A stretch of DNA of 64,000 nucleotides from the NCBI RefSeq assembly GCF_024700885.2, contig NZ_CP117016.1. One strand, 5' to 3'. The DNA comes from Escherichia coli (lineage in GTDB: Bacteria > Pseudomonadota > Gammaproteobacteria > Enterobacterales > Enterobacteriaceae). The position numbers and the translations under genes are program-made. Positions 9,498-18,001 of the stretch are shown here, in pieces. Each line of letters opens with the position of its first letter. The first letter of the stretch is position 1. The notes under the pieces were generated by a model that was not told the origin of the DNA, searched no databases, and saw only the letters and a list, made by a program, of their open reading frames with translations.

Positions 9498-9865
9498 GGT
9501 GCCAGGTCGTTGATATCGCGGGTGTTAAACTCCAGCACGCGCAGGCCGTACTTCTCGTTGACCACCACCACTTCTGCTTTGCCCAACAGGATATTGTTTA
9601 CTTTAATATCCAGCGGCTCCCCGGCGAGCTTATCCAGCTCAATCACCGTGTCGTCGTCGATGTTAAGGAGGTCGGCTAACATGATCTCTACTGATGACAC
9701 TTCCAGCGTTAAGGTCACCGGAATGCGTTTTAGCAGCGTCATCGAGTCGGAAAAACGGTCTTCCAGGCGGGTGACCAGCGTTTCAGCGTCGGCAGATTTC
9801 GCGACAGGCGCAACTTCATCGGTGAGGCCAAAATCCCCGGCTAAAATATCTTCTTGCTTACTCAT
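9494..9865 (-). CDS. lfiN: Flag-2 C-ring/switch protein LfiN (FliN homologue)
   Basis: ORF 9494-9925; start set at MSKQEDIL (ATG 9863-9865), overlapping the lfiM stop; SpoA-like C-terminus IPVTLTLEVSSVEIMLADLLNI...GKAEVVVVNEKYGLRV. Confidence 0.85.
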   Translation of the reverse strand: MSKQEDILAGDFGLTDEVAPVAKSADAETLVTRLEDRFSDSMTLLKRIPVTLTLEVSSVEIMLADLLNIDDDTVIELDKLAGEPLDIKVNNILLGKAEVVVVNEKYGLRVLEFNTRDINDLAP

Positions 9866-10709
9866 GGCTATTCTCATTTTTGCCCGCCAGCTCCGACAAA
9901 AACAGTTTGTCTTTGTCTTCCACAATCAGGGCGCTAAATAATTCAGATTGCCCAATCGCCACCGGGAACGTTTCTCCCAGCGAGATGGGTAAAATATCCC
10001 CGGCTTTTATCTGCGTGAGATCCGCGACATTCAGCGACAGCTCGGCGATTTTGACGTTCAGGGTCAGCGGCAGAGAGCGGATAATCTCTTTAATCAGGGC
10101 CGGTTTATTAACGGATTTCGCCACCTGCTGCGGTTTACTGTGCTCGCTGTGGCGGATCAGATTCAAAATAAAATCGGTGTGGGCGTCGTCGAGCAAAATA
10201 CGAAAACTGCTCTCTTCATCGCCCGCAAGGGTAAAGGTTAATTGATACGCCCAGTGGGTAATCACCGTGCTGCTATCCAGCTTTAATTTCAGCGCAATAC
10301 CGGAGGTTTGCAGATTAAATATCAGCGTGCAGATATCCAGCGCGAGTCGGTTTTTTAAACGAGTTTCGGTTTTGGTCGGCAGCCCGTTATGCGCTTTCGC
10401 CTCTTCAAGAGAGGACTCCAGACCATAAAAATTGCCCAGCAGCATTAACAATAAGGAGCGATCAATATCAAACGCCAGATGCCCGACCTGGGAAACCATC
10501 AGTTCGGCGTTTTTATTAATAATATCCATTTCGCAGCCAATCTTTTTTAAGGTGATATTGCTGCGATGCTTTTTGAGAAAGTAGCTGCCCAGATGCGAAT
10601 CAATCACGTCAAAATTCCCCGTAAACAGGGTCGGCAGGCGATGGTAGGGGCGTCCGAGCCGATTACCTTCTAATTTAAAGATGCCTGGCGTTTTACTGTA
10701 CTTCAGCAT
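9858..10709 (-). CDS. lfiM: Flag-2 switch protein LfiM (FliM homologue)
   Basis: 283 aa, first gene of the leftward lfiMNPQR-lfhBA string. Confidence 0.8.
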   Translation of the reverse strand: MLKYSKTPGIFKLEGNRLGRPYHRLPTLFTGNFDVIDSHLGSYFLKKHRSNITLKKIGCEMDIINKNAELMVSQVGHLAFDIDRSLLLMLLGNFYGLESSLEEAKAHNGLPTKTETRLKNRLALDICTLIFNLQTSGIALKLKLDSSTVITHWAYQLTFTLAGDEESSFRILLDDAHTDFILNLIRHSEHSKPQQVAKSVNKPALIKEIIRSLPLTLNVKIAELSLNVADLTQIKAGDILPISLGETFPVAIGQSELFSALIVEDKDKLFLSELAGKNENSHE

Positions 10710-10888
10710 GGCTTACTTTCTCTGCTGTAATGGTATGGGTGTTTCTGTGCACGCAAATCCGGCTGTGACACAAGGTGAGGTATTAAATAGAGGGGGAGTG
10801 AAAGGGGCAAATTATTAATAGGATGAAAAAATAATTAATCGATTAATTGCTTAATGGGAGTGATTTTCGCCAATCAGTCTGCGGTCTG

Positions 10889-10928
10889 TCCCCTCGCCCC
10901 ATCCGGGGAGAGGGTTAGGGTGAGGGGG
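10889..10928. repeat. Second copy of the cccctc.cccc/ggggagaggg + TTAGGGTGAGGG intergenic hairpin repeat
   Basis: tcccctcgcccc atcc ggggagaggg ttagggtgaggggg; same architecture as 1049-1088. Confidence 0.6.
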
Positions 10929-11081
10929 CATCACAGATGTCCAAATTAACAGTATTAATATCTAACTAATTGTTTACCATCAAATAATATTTTTATTATC
11001 GTTTAATTCGAACTTGTTAATCCCGCCGGTGATACGCTTCAGAACATCCTGTTTTCTGTCGCTACTTATATCGTTCACCCT

Positions 11082-11349
11082 ATGTCTGAACTTATTGCAA
11101 CTGCCGCTTCCAGCATTAACGCTTTTACTCTGGCAAAGCGTGTCGCCGCATTTAACGTGCCGGTGCTCATTCAGGGCGAAACCGGCGCGGGCAAAGAATG
11201 CGTGGCAAAATATATTCACACCGTCGCCTTTGGTGAAAATGATAACGCGCCCTATATCGGCGTGAACTGCGCGGCGATCCCGGAAAACATGCTGGAAGCT
11301 ACATTATTTGGCTACGACAAAGGCGCATTTACCGGCGCAATTGCCAGCG
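11082..11349 (+). pseudogene. lafK: lafK (sigma-54-dependent Flag-2 activator) truncated after ~89 codons by IS1
   Basis: MSELIATAASS...VLIQGETGAGKECVAKYIH...FGYDKGAFTGA: AAA+ Walker A and GAFTGA motifs of sigma-54 activators; reading frame runs straight into the IS1 left end at 11350. Confidence 0.85.
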
Positions 11350-11404
11350 GGTGATGCTGCCAACTTACTGATTTAGTGTATGATGGTGTTTTTGAGGTGC
11401 TCCA

Positions 11405-11680
11405 GTGGCTTCTGTTTCTATCAGCTGTCCCTCCTGTTCAGCTACTGACGGGGTGGTGCGTAACGGCAAAAGCACCGCCGGACATCAGCGCTATCTCTGC
11501 TCTCACTGCCGTAAAACATGGCAACTGCAGTTCACTTACACCGCTTCTCAACCCGGTACGCACCAGAAAATCATTGATATGGCCATGAATGGCGTTGGAT
11601 GCCGGGCAACCGCCCGCATTATGGGCGTTGGCCTCAACACGATTTTCCGCCATTTAAAAAACTCAGGCCGCAGTCGGTAA
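11405..11680 (+). CDS. insA: IS1 InsA (transposition inhibitor / N-terminal part of transposase)
   Basis: 91 aa [40 protein letters not shown]... Confidence 0.95.
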   Translation: MASVSISCPSCSATDGVVRNGKSTAGHQRYLCSHCRKTWQLQFTYTASQPGTHQKIIDMAMNGVGCRATARIMGVGLNTIFRHLKNSGRSR

Positions 11681-12102
11681 CCTCGCGCATACAGCCGGGC
11701 AGTGACGTCATCGTCTGCGCGGAAATGGACGAACAGTGGGGATACGTCGGGGCTAAATCGCGCCAGCGCTGGCTGTTTTACGCGTATGACAGGCTCCGGA
11801 AGACGGTTGTTGCGCACGTATTCGGTGAACGCACTATGGCGACGCTGGGGCGTCTTATGAGCCTGCTGTCACCCTTTGACGTGGTGATATGGATGACGGA
11901 TGGCTGGCCGCTGTATGAATCCCGCCTGAAGGGAAAGCTGCACGTAATCAGCAAGCGATATACGCAGCGAATTGAGCGGCATAACCTGAATCTGAGGCAG
12001 CACCTGGCACGGCTGGGACGGAAGTCGCTGTCGTTCTCAAAATCGGTGGAGCTGCATGACAAAGTCATCGGGCATTATCTGAACATAAAACACTATCAAT
12101 AA
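11599..12102 (+). CDS. insB: IS1 InsB frame (expressed as InsAB' transposase by -1 frameshift)
   Basis: 167-aa ORF in the -1 frame relative to insA; slippery A6C motif at 11656-11662. Confidence 0.9.
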   Translation: MPGNRPHYGRWPQHDFPPFKKLRPQSVTSRIQPGSDVIVCAEMDEQWGYVGAKSRQRWLFYAYDRLRKTVVAHVFGERTMATLGRLMSLLSPFDVVIWMTDGWPLYESRLKGKLHVISKRYTQRIERHNLNLRQHLARLGRKSLSFSKSVELHDKVIGHYLNIKHYQ

Positions 12103-12118
12103 GTTGGAGTCATTACCG

Positions 12119-12274
12119 GAATGCCTGACGGAAATGAAATTTGAAGATTTGCGCGGCATGAAAATATCCGCCATCCGCAAACTGATTTCTGATGCGCTAA
12201 AGAAAGATCTTCAGCGTCGCAAAATGAGCGCACCGTATAAGGATTTGCTGGTGAAAAAAGTGGTCTTCCAGTAA
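12119..12274 (+). pseudogene. 3' stub (51 codons) of the gene preceding lafS (lafF position in intact Flag-2 loci)
   Basis: Open frame from the IS1 right junction: ECLTEMKFEDLRGMKISAIRKLISDALKKDLQRRKMSAPYKDLLVKKVVFQ*, with no start codon or upstream part. Confidence 0.55.
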
Positions 12275-12293
12275 TCACCAGGCGGATATAAAC

Positions 12294-13010
12294 ATGCTAC
12301 AGGACGTATTCGAGTCAGAAGAATTTGCTGCCGCGCCGGTATTAACCCCGCAGCAGGAGAGCCACTACTTGCAGGCCTATTTACCGTTGGTGCGTAAAGT
12401 GGTGCGGCAACTTGCCCCGCAGTGTAATTGCATTATTGATCGTCAGGATATGGAACAAATGGCGTTAATGGGGCTGCTTAATGCCATTCGTCGCTACGGG
12501 CTGCCGGACGAAGGTTTTGCGGGCTATGCCGTGCACCGTATTCGCGGCGCGATCCTGGATGAGCTGCGCGCTCTCGACTGGCGACCGCGCCAGCTGCGAC
12601 AGAAATATCATCAGATGAAAGATCTGATACGCGAAACGCGTAAAAAACTGGGGCACGAACCGGAGTGGTCAGAACTGGCCGTGGAAGGGATTTCGCATGA
12701 AGATTATATCGAATATCAGCAACTGGAAGGGGCGGAAACGCTCGCCAGCCTTGACGAACTGCTGAACGGCGAAGGGCCAGGCATTCCACTTGTTGGCAGG
12801 GAACTGGAAGATCAGTTTGTCACCCAGCAAATGCTGCAATACGCGCTTTCACTATTAAGCGAAAAAGAGCAACTGATCCTCTCCATGTATTACCAGCATG
12901 AGATGAATCTCAAAGAGATTGCGCTGGTATTAGGGCTAACCGAGGCCCGAATTTGTCAACTGAATAAACAGATCGCGCAGAAAATTCGTGATTTTGTCTA
13001 TCCGAATTAA
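12294..13010 (+). CDS. lafS: Flag-2 sigma-28-family sigma factor LafS (FliA homologue)
   Basis: 238 aa; sigma-70 family regions 2 and 4 (MALMGLLNAIRRY..., LKEIALVLGLTEARICQLNKQ). Confidence 0.88.
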   Translation: MLQDVFESEEFAAAPVLTPQQESHYLQAYLPLVRKVVRQLAPQCNCIIDRQDMEQMALMGLLNAIRRYGLPDEGFAGYAVHRIRGAILDELRALDWRPRQLRQKYHQMKDLIRETRKKLGHEPEWSELAVEGISHEDYIEYQQLEGAETLASLDELLNGEGPGIPLVGRELEDQFVTQQMLQYALSLLSEKEQLILSMYYQHEMNLKEIALVLGLTEARICQLNKQIAQKIRDFVYPN

Positions 13011-13022
13011 AGTGAAGAAATC

Positions 13023-13886
13023 ATGCAAAAAATATTAGGTTTACTGGTGGTGCTCGGCTGCGTATTTGGCGGTTATTTTGAAGCGGGCGGGCAACTAGTG
13101 GCTATCTGGCAACCGGCGGAGATGATCATTATTTTGGGTGCCGGTTTCGGGGCGATGATTATTGGTAATCCGAAACATGTGCTGAAAGAGATTGCTCATC
13201 AAATTAAAGGCGTGATCAGTAAAAAACAGCTCGGGCCGGAGTTTCAGCGTCAGCTATTAATGTGCCTGTATGAGTTGCTCGAAATGGTACAAAACGGCGG
13301 CCTGCGCATGTTGGATCAGCATATTGAGCAGCCGGAAGAGAGCACCGTTTTCCAGAAATACCCGCTGGTGTTAACCCAGAAGCGGCTGGTGACCTTTATT
13401 GCCGATAACTTTCGCCTGATGGCGATGGGCAAAATCGACGCCCACGAACTGGAAGGCATTCTCGATCAGGAGCTGGATACCGCCGAAGAGTCGCTGCTCA
13501 CGCCGTCGCGCTCGCTGCAACGTACCGCCGAAGCGATGCCGGGATTTGGTATTTGCGCGGCGGTGCTGGGCATCATCATCACCATGCAGTCGATTGATGG
13601 ATCTATCGCCCTGATTGGCCTGAAAGTGGCGGCGGCTCTGGTGGGGACGTTTTTAGGCGTCTTTATCTGCTACTGCCTGATGGACCCGCTTGCCAACGCC
13701 ATGGAACAACAGGCGCGGGCGGAACATTCTTTGCTGGAATGTGTGCGTACCGTGCTGGTGGCGCAGGCGGGCGGTAAACCGACGCTGCTGGCGGTAGACG
13801 CCGGGCGTAAGCTGCTGCATCTAGCGTCCAAACCGACCTTCGCCAACCTCGACGCGTGGGTGAATGCGATGCTGGAGCAAGAATAA
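13023..13886 (+). CDS. lafT: Flag-2 stator protein LafT (MotA homologue)
   Basis: 287 aa, MotA/ExbB/TolQ-type channel with 4 TM segments. Confidence 0.88.
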   Translation: MQKILGLLVVLGCVFGGYFEAGGQLVAIWQPAEMIIILGAGFGAMIIGNPKHVLKEIAHQIKGVISKKQLGPEFQRQLLMCLYELLEMVQNGGLRMLDQHIEQPEESTVFQKYPLVLTQKRLVTFIADNFRLMAMGKIDAHELEGILDQELDTAEESLLTPSRSLQRTAEAMPGFGICAAVLGIIITMQSIDGSIALIGLKVAAALVGTFLGVFICYCLMDPLANAMEQQARAEHSLLECVRTVLVAQAGGKPTLLAVDAGRKLLHLASKPTFANLDAWVNAMLEQE

Positions 13887-13888
13887 GC

Positions 13889-14812
13889 ATGAGAAAGACG
13901 GGCAACCGCCGCGAGCGTGGGGCAAAAACCACCATCGTCCGGCGGCAGATCAAAAAGAATCATGCCGGGCATCACGGCGGGGCGTGGAAGGTGGCGTTCG
14001 CCGACTTTACTTTGGCAATGATGGCGCTATTTATGACGCTGTGGATTGTCAACAGCGTCAGTAAATCCGAGCGTGAAAGCATTATCGCCGCGCTGCACGG
14101 GCAGTCGATTTTCAATGGCGGCGGGTTGTCGCCGTTAAATAAAATCAGCCCGTCTCATCCGCCAAAACCTGCCACCGTGGCGGTGCCGGAAGAGACGGAG
14201 AAAAAAGCGCGTGACGTCAATGAGAAAACGGCGCTGCTGAAGAAGAAATCAGCCACTGAGCTTGGCGAGCTGGCGACCAGTATCAACACCATTGCCCGTG
14301 ATGCACATATGGAAGCGAATCTGGAGATGGAGATTGTTCCCCAGGGACTGCGCGTGCTGATTAAAGATGACCAGAACCGCAATATGTTTGAACGCGGCAG
14401 CGCACAGATTATGCCGTTCTTTAAAACTTTGCTGGTGGAGCTCGCGCCAGTGTTCGACTCGCTCGATAACAAAATTATTATTACCGGGCATACCGATGCG
14501 ATGGCCTACAAAAACAATATCTACAACAACTGGAACCTTTCGGGCGATCGCGCGCTTTCGGCTCGTCGGGTGCTGGAAGAGGCCGGAATGCCGGAAGATA
14601 AAGTGATGCAGGTGAGCGCGATGGCGGACCAGATGCTGCTGGACGCGAAAAATCCGCAAAGCGCGGGCAACCGACGCATTGAGATTATGGTGCTGACCAA
14701 AAGTGCGTCCGATACGCTGTATCAATACTTTGGTCAGCATGGGGATAAAGTGGTGCAGCCGCTGGTGCAAAAGCTGGATAAGCAGCAGGTGCATTCGCAG
14801 CGAACGCGCTAG
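13889..14812 (+). CDS. lafU: Flag-2 stator protein LafU (MotB homologue), full length
   Basis: ORF 13856-14812; start at MRKTGNRRERG (13889), 3 nt after the lafT stop; MotB plug/TM (WKVAFADFTLAMMALFMTLW) and OmpA-like C-terminus (GHTDAM...NWNLSGDRALSARR). Confidence 0.88.
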   Translation: MRKTGNRRERGAKTTIVRRQIKKNHAGHHGGAWKVAFADFTLAMMALFMTLWIVNSVSKSERESIIAALHGQSIFNGGGLSPLNKISPSHPPKPATVAVPEETEKKARDVNEKTALLKKKSATELGELATSINTIARDAHMEANLEMEIVPQGLRVLIKDDQNRNMFERGSAQIMPFFKTLLVELAPVFDSLDNKIIITGHTDAMAYKNNIYNNWNLSGDRALSARRVLEEAGMPEDKVMQVSAMADQMLLDAKNPQSAGNRRIEIMVLTKSASDTLYQYFGQHGDKVVQPLVQKLDKQQVHSQRTR

Positions 14813-14850
14813 ATGCTGAATCTTTACGCATTTCTCAAACCCTGAAATCA

Positions 14851-14866
14851 CTGTATACTTTACCAG
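14851..14866 (+). promoter_or_regulatory. LexA (SOS) box of dinB
   Basis: CTGTATACTTTACCAG = CTG-N10-CAG, 17 nt upstream of the dinB ATG. Confidence 0.9.
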
Positions 14867-14882
14867 TGTTGAGAGGTGAGCA

Positions 14883-15938
14883 ATGCGTAAAATCATTCAT
14901 GTGGATATGGACTGCTTTTTCGCAGCGGTGGAGATGCGCGACAATCCCGCCCTGCGCGATATCCCTATTGCTATTGGCGGCAGCCGCGAACGTCGGGGGG
15001 TGATCAGCACCGCCAATTATCCCGCGCGTAAATTTGGCGTACGTAGCGCTATGCCGACAGGGATGGCGCTCAAATTATGCCCACATCTCACCTTGCTTCC
15101 GGGGCGCTTTGACGCCTACAAAGAAGCCTCAAATCATATCCGTGAAATCTTCTCGCGCTACACCTCGCGTATTGAACCGTTGTCACTGGATGAAGCCTAT
15201 CTCGATGTCACTGATAGCGTCCATTGCCACGGTTCTGCGACCCTCATCGCCCAGGAAATCCGCCAGACGATTTTCAGCGAGCTGCAACTGACGGCGTCTG
15301 CGGGCGTGGCACCAGTAAAGTTTCTCGCCAAAATCGCCTCCGACATGAATAAACCCAACGGCCAGTTTGTGATTACGCCGGCAGAAGTTCCGGCATTTTT
15401 ACAAACCTTACCACTGGCAAAAATCCCCGGCGTCGGCAAAGTCTCGGCGGCAAAACTGGAAGCGATGGGGCTGCGGACCTGCGGTGATGTACAAAAGTGT
15501 GATCTGGTGATGCTGCTTAAACGCTTTGGCAAATTTGGCCGCATTTTGTGGGAGCGTAGTCAGGGGATTGACGAACGCGATGTTAACAGCGAACGGTTGC
15601 GAAAATCCGTCGGCGTGGAACGCACGATGGCGGAAGATATTCATCACTGGTCTGAATGTGAAGCGATTATCGAGCGGCTGTATCCGGAACTTGAACGCCG
15701 TCTGGCAAAGGTGAAACCTGATTTACTGATTGCTCGCCAGGGGGTGAAATTAAAGTTTGATGATTTTCAGCAAACCACTCAGGAGCACGTCTGGCCGCGG
15801 CTGAATAAAGCTGATCTAATCGCCACCGCGCGTAAAACCTGGGATGAACGCCGCGGCGGGCGCGGTGTGCGACTGGTGGGGCTGCATGTGACGTTGCTTG
15901 ACCCTCAAATGGAAAGACAACTGGTGCTGGGATTATGA
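14883..15938 (+). CDS. dinB: DNA polymerase IV (Y-family)
   Basis: 351 aa [22 protein letters not shown]... Confidence 0.97.
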   Translation: MRKIIHVDMDCFFAAVEMRDNPALRDIPIAIGGSRERRGVISTANYPARKFGVRSAMPTGMALKLCPHLTLLPGRFDAYKEASNHIREIFSRYTSRIEPLSLDEAYLDVTDSVHCHGSATLIAQEIRQTIFSELQLTASAGVAPVKFLAKIASDMNKPNGQFVITPAEVPAFLQTLPLAKIPGVGKVSAAKLEAMGLRTCGDVQKCDLVMLLKRFGKFGRILWERSQGIDERDVNSERLRKSVGVERTMAEDIHHWSECEAIIERLYPELERRLAKVKPDLLIARQGVKLKFDDFQQTTQEHVWPRLNKADLIATARKTWDERRGGRGVRLVGLHVTLLDPQMERQLVLGL

Positions 15939-15989
15939 TGTATACTATTATGTCTATTCTGGTGTGCATTATTATGAGGGGATCACTGT

Positions 15990-16283
15990 ATGCATCGAAT
16001 TCTCGCTGAAAAATCGGTCAATATCACTGAGTTACGTAAAAACCCAGCTAAATACTTTATTGATCAACCGGTTGCGGTTCTTTCTAATAATCGCCCCGCA
16101 GGATATCTCTTAAGTGCCAGCGCATTCGAAGCGTTAATGGACATGCTTGCTGAACAAGAGGAGAAAAAACTGGTTAAGGCGCGCTTCCGTCCGAGTGCCG
16201 CAAGATTAGAGGAAATTACACGCCGCGCTGAACAATATCTTAATGATATGACGGATGATGATTTCAATGACTTTAAGGAATAA
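15990..16283 (+). CDS. yafN: YafN antitoxin (Phd/YefM family)
   Basis: 97 aa MHRILAEKSVNITELRKNPAKYF... Confidence 0.93.
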   Translation: MHRILAEKSVNITELRKNPAKYFIDQPVAVLSNNRPAGYLLSASAFEALMDMLAEQEEKKLVKARFRPSAARLEEITRRAEQYLNDMTDDDFNDFKE

Positions 16284-16285
16284 GG

Positions 16286-16684
16286 ATGCGGGTATTCAAA
16301 ACAAAACTTATTTGCCTGCAACTTACAGCAGAGGAACTTGATGCGTTAACGGCGGATTTTATTTCCTATAAGCGTGACGGTGTTTTGCCAGATATATTTG
16401 GTCGCGATGCACTCTACGACGACTCGTTTACCTGGCCATTAATCAAATTTGAGCGAGTTGCTCATATTCATCTGGCAAATGTGAATAATCCATTTCCGCC
16501 ACAGTTGCGCCAATTCAGCAGAACGAATGACGAAGCGCATTTGGTATATTGTCAGGGTGCGTTTGATGAGCAAGCATGGTTGCTCATTGCCATTCTGAAA
16601 CCTGAACCTCATAAACTGGCTCGAGATAACAACCAAATGCATAAAATTGGGAAAATGGCAGAAGCGTTTCGCATGCGTTTTTGA
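16286..16684 (+). CDS. yafO: YafO ribosome-dependent mRNA interferase toxin
   Basis: 132 aa, immediately downstream of yafN in the dinB operon. Confidence 0.92.
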   Translation: MRVFKTKLICLQLTAEELDALTADFISYKRDGVLPDIFGRDALYDDSFTWPLIKFERVAHIHLANVNNPFPPQLRQFSRTNDEAHLVYCQGAFDEQAWLLIAILKPEPHKLARDNNQMHKIGKMAEAFRMRF

Positions 16685-16693
16685 ATTTATATT

Positions 16694-17146
16694 ATGAATA
16701 ACATACAAATAAGAAACTATCAGCCTGGCGATTTTCAGCAACTATGCGCTATTTTCCTTAGAGCGGTTACGATGACCGCCAGTCAGCATTATTCACCACA
16801 ACAAATTGCCGCCTGGGCGCAGATTGACGAATCTCGCTGGAAGGAGAAACTCGCGAAATCACAAGTATGGGTTGCGATCATTAATGCACAACCGGTTGGT
16901 TTTATTTCCCGCATTGAACACTATATCGATATGTTATTTGTTGACCCTGAATACACCCGCCGTGGGGTTGCCAGCGCTTTGTTAAAACCTTTGATTAAGT
17001 CTGAATCCGAACTTACGGTGGACGCAAGCATAACCGCAAAACCCTTTTTTGAACGTTATGGTTTTCAGACAGTTAAGCAGCAGCGCGTTGAATGCAGGGG
17101 AGCGTGGTTTACTAATTTTTCTATGCGATATAAACCGCAACATTAA
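16694..17146 (+). CDS. yafP: GNAT-family N-acetyltransferase YafP
   Basis: 150 aa; GNAT motif RRGVASALLKPL. Confidence 0.92.
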   Translation: MNNIQIRNYQPGDFQQLCAIFLRAVTMTASQHYSPQQIAAWAQIDESRWKEKLAKSQVWVAIINAQPVGFISRIEHYIDMLFVDPEYTRRGVASALLKPLIKSESELTVDASITAKPFFERYGFQTVKQQRVECRGAWFTNFSMRYKPQH

Positions 17147-17390
17147 ATTCAGCTTGCAATGAAAATAACACCCGCCTGGTATGTGCGCGTTTTCTTATTC
17201 CACAAACTGCAAGGAGGTAAATCATGACAAATCCTTTATCAATGACTCTTTGCAGACCTTTCCAGGATTAATTCTTTTTTCTTGCCCTGGATTCGTCTGC
17301 CATTTCCTGATTTTTATATTTATATACTCTAAATAATTCGAGTCGCAGTACATGCAACTTGAAGTATGACGAGTATAAATGGGATGGTAC

Positions 17391-17645
17391 ATGGGCAAAT
17401 CTATTCGTCCCTTATCCGATGCGGTATTTACCATCGCATCTGATGGCCTGTGGATCGAGAGTTTAGCGATCCAACAATTACACACCACGGCAAATTTACC
17501 CAACATGCAGCGCGTAGTAGGGATGCCAGATTTACACCCCGGACGCGGCTACCCGATTGGCGCAGCGTTCTTCTCCGCAGGCCGTTTTTACCCGGCAAGA
17601 CGTCGCGGTAACGGTGCTGGAAACAGAAACGGGCCGCTACTCTGA
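17391..17645 (+). pseudogene. ykfJ: RtcB-like RNA ligase N-terminal fragment (ykfJ-type pseudogene) fused out of frame to prfH
   Basis: [60 protein letters not shown]... is an RtcB N-terminus; homology ends near 17590. Confidence 0.75.
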
Positions 17646-17945
17646 CACGCTGCGTTCGGCGCTGATTTCTCTGGATGGCGATAACGCATGGGCATTAAGC
17701 GAAAGTTGGTGCGGCACTATTCAGTGGATTTGTCCGAGTCCGTATCGGCCTCATCATGGGCGCAAAAACTGGTTTCTGGGCATGCTAACAAGCGGCTGGC
17801 GCGATTGCTGATTGCCTGGAAGCTGGAACAACAGCAACAGGAAAATAGCGCGGCGCTGAAATCGCAGTGGCGAATGTTCCATCATCAAATTGAACGTGGC
17901 AACCCGCGACGGACATTTACAGGGATGGCTTTTATCGAAGGATAA
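17593..17945 (+). pseudogene. prfH: Peptide chain release factor H (prfH) remnant, split over two frames
   Basis: [63 protein letters not shown] in one frame, [54 protein letters not shown] in another; no GGQ-containing segment in any listed frame. Confidence 0.7.
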
Positions 17946-18001
17946 TGAAGGATGAAACTGCCGGAAGGCGATTAAACGCCATCCGGCAGCAAATCAAATA
18001 A

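Larger units (their letters stand above)
11350..12117 (+). mobile_element. IS1 insertion sequence (768 bp)
   Basis: Terminal inverted repeats GGTGATGCTGCCAACTTACTGAT (11350-) and ...AAGTTGGAGTCATTACC (-12117); insA/insB inside; flanking 9-mers ttgccagcg / ggaatgcct differ, so no target-site duplication. Confidence 0.95.

Noticed and set aside
10710-11081. Search for a sigma-54 (TGGCAC-N5-TTGC) promoter upstream of lfiM / lafK
   Set aside because: I found no convincing GG-N10-GC match by eye in either orientation, so no promoter is called.
14249-14896. 215-aa reverse-strand ORF overlapping lafU and the dinB promoter
   Set aside because: It is antisense to the MotB-like lafU, which has clear motifs. 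The translation is His/Arg/Leu-rich with no motifs, and the ORF would have to span the LexA box.
17222-17506. 94-aa reverse ORF after yafP
   Set aside because: It overlaps the rtcB-like fragment antisense and the AT-rich intergenic DNA, and shows no motifs.
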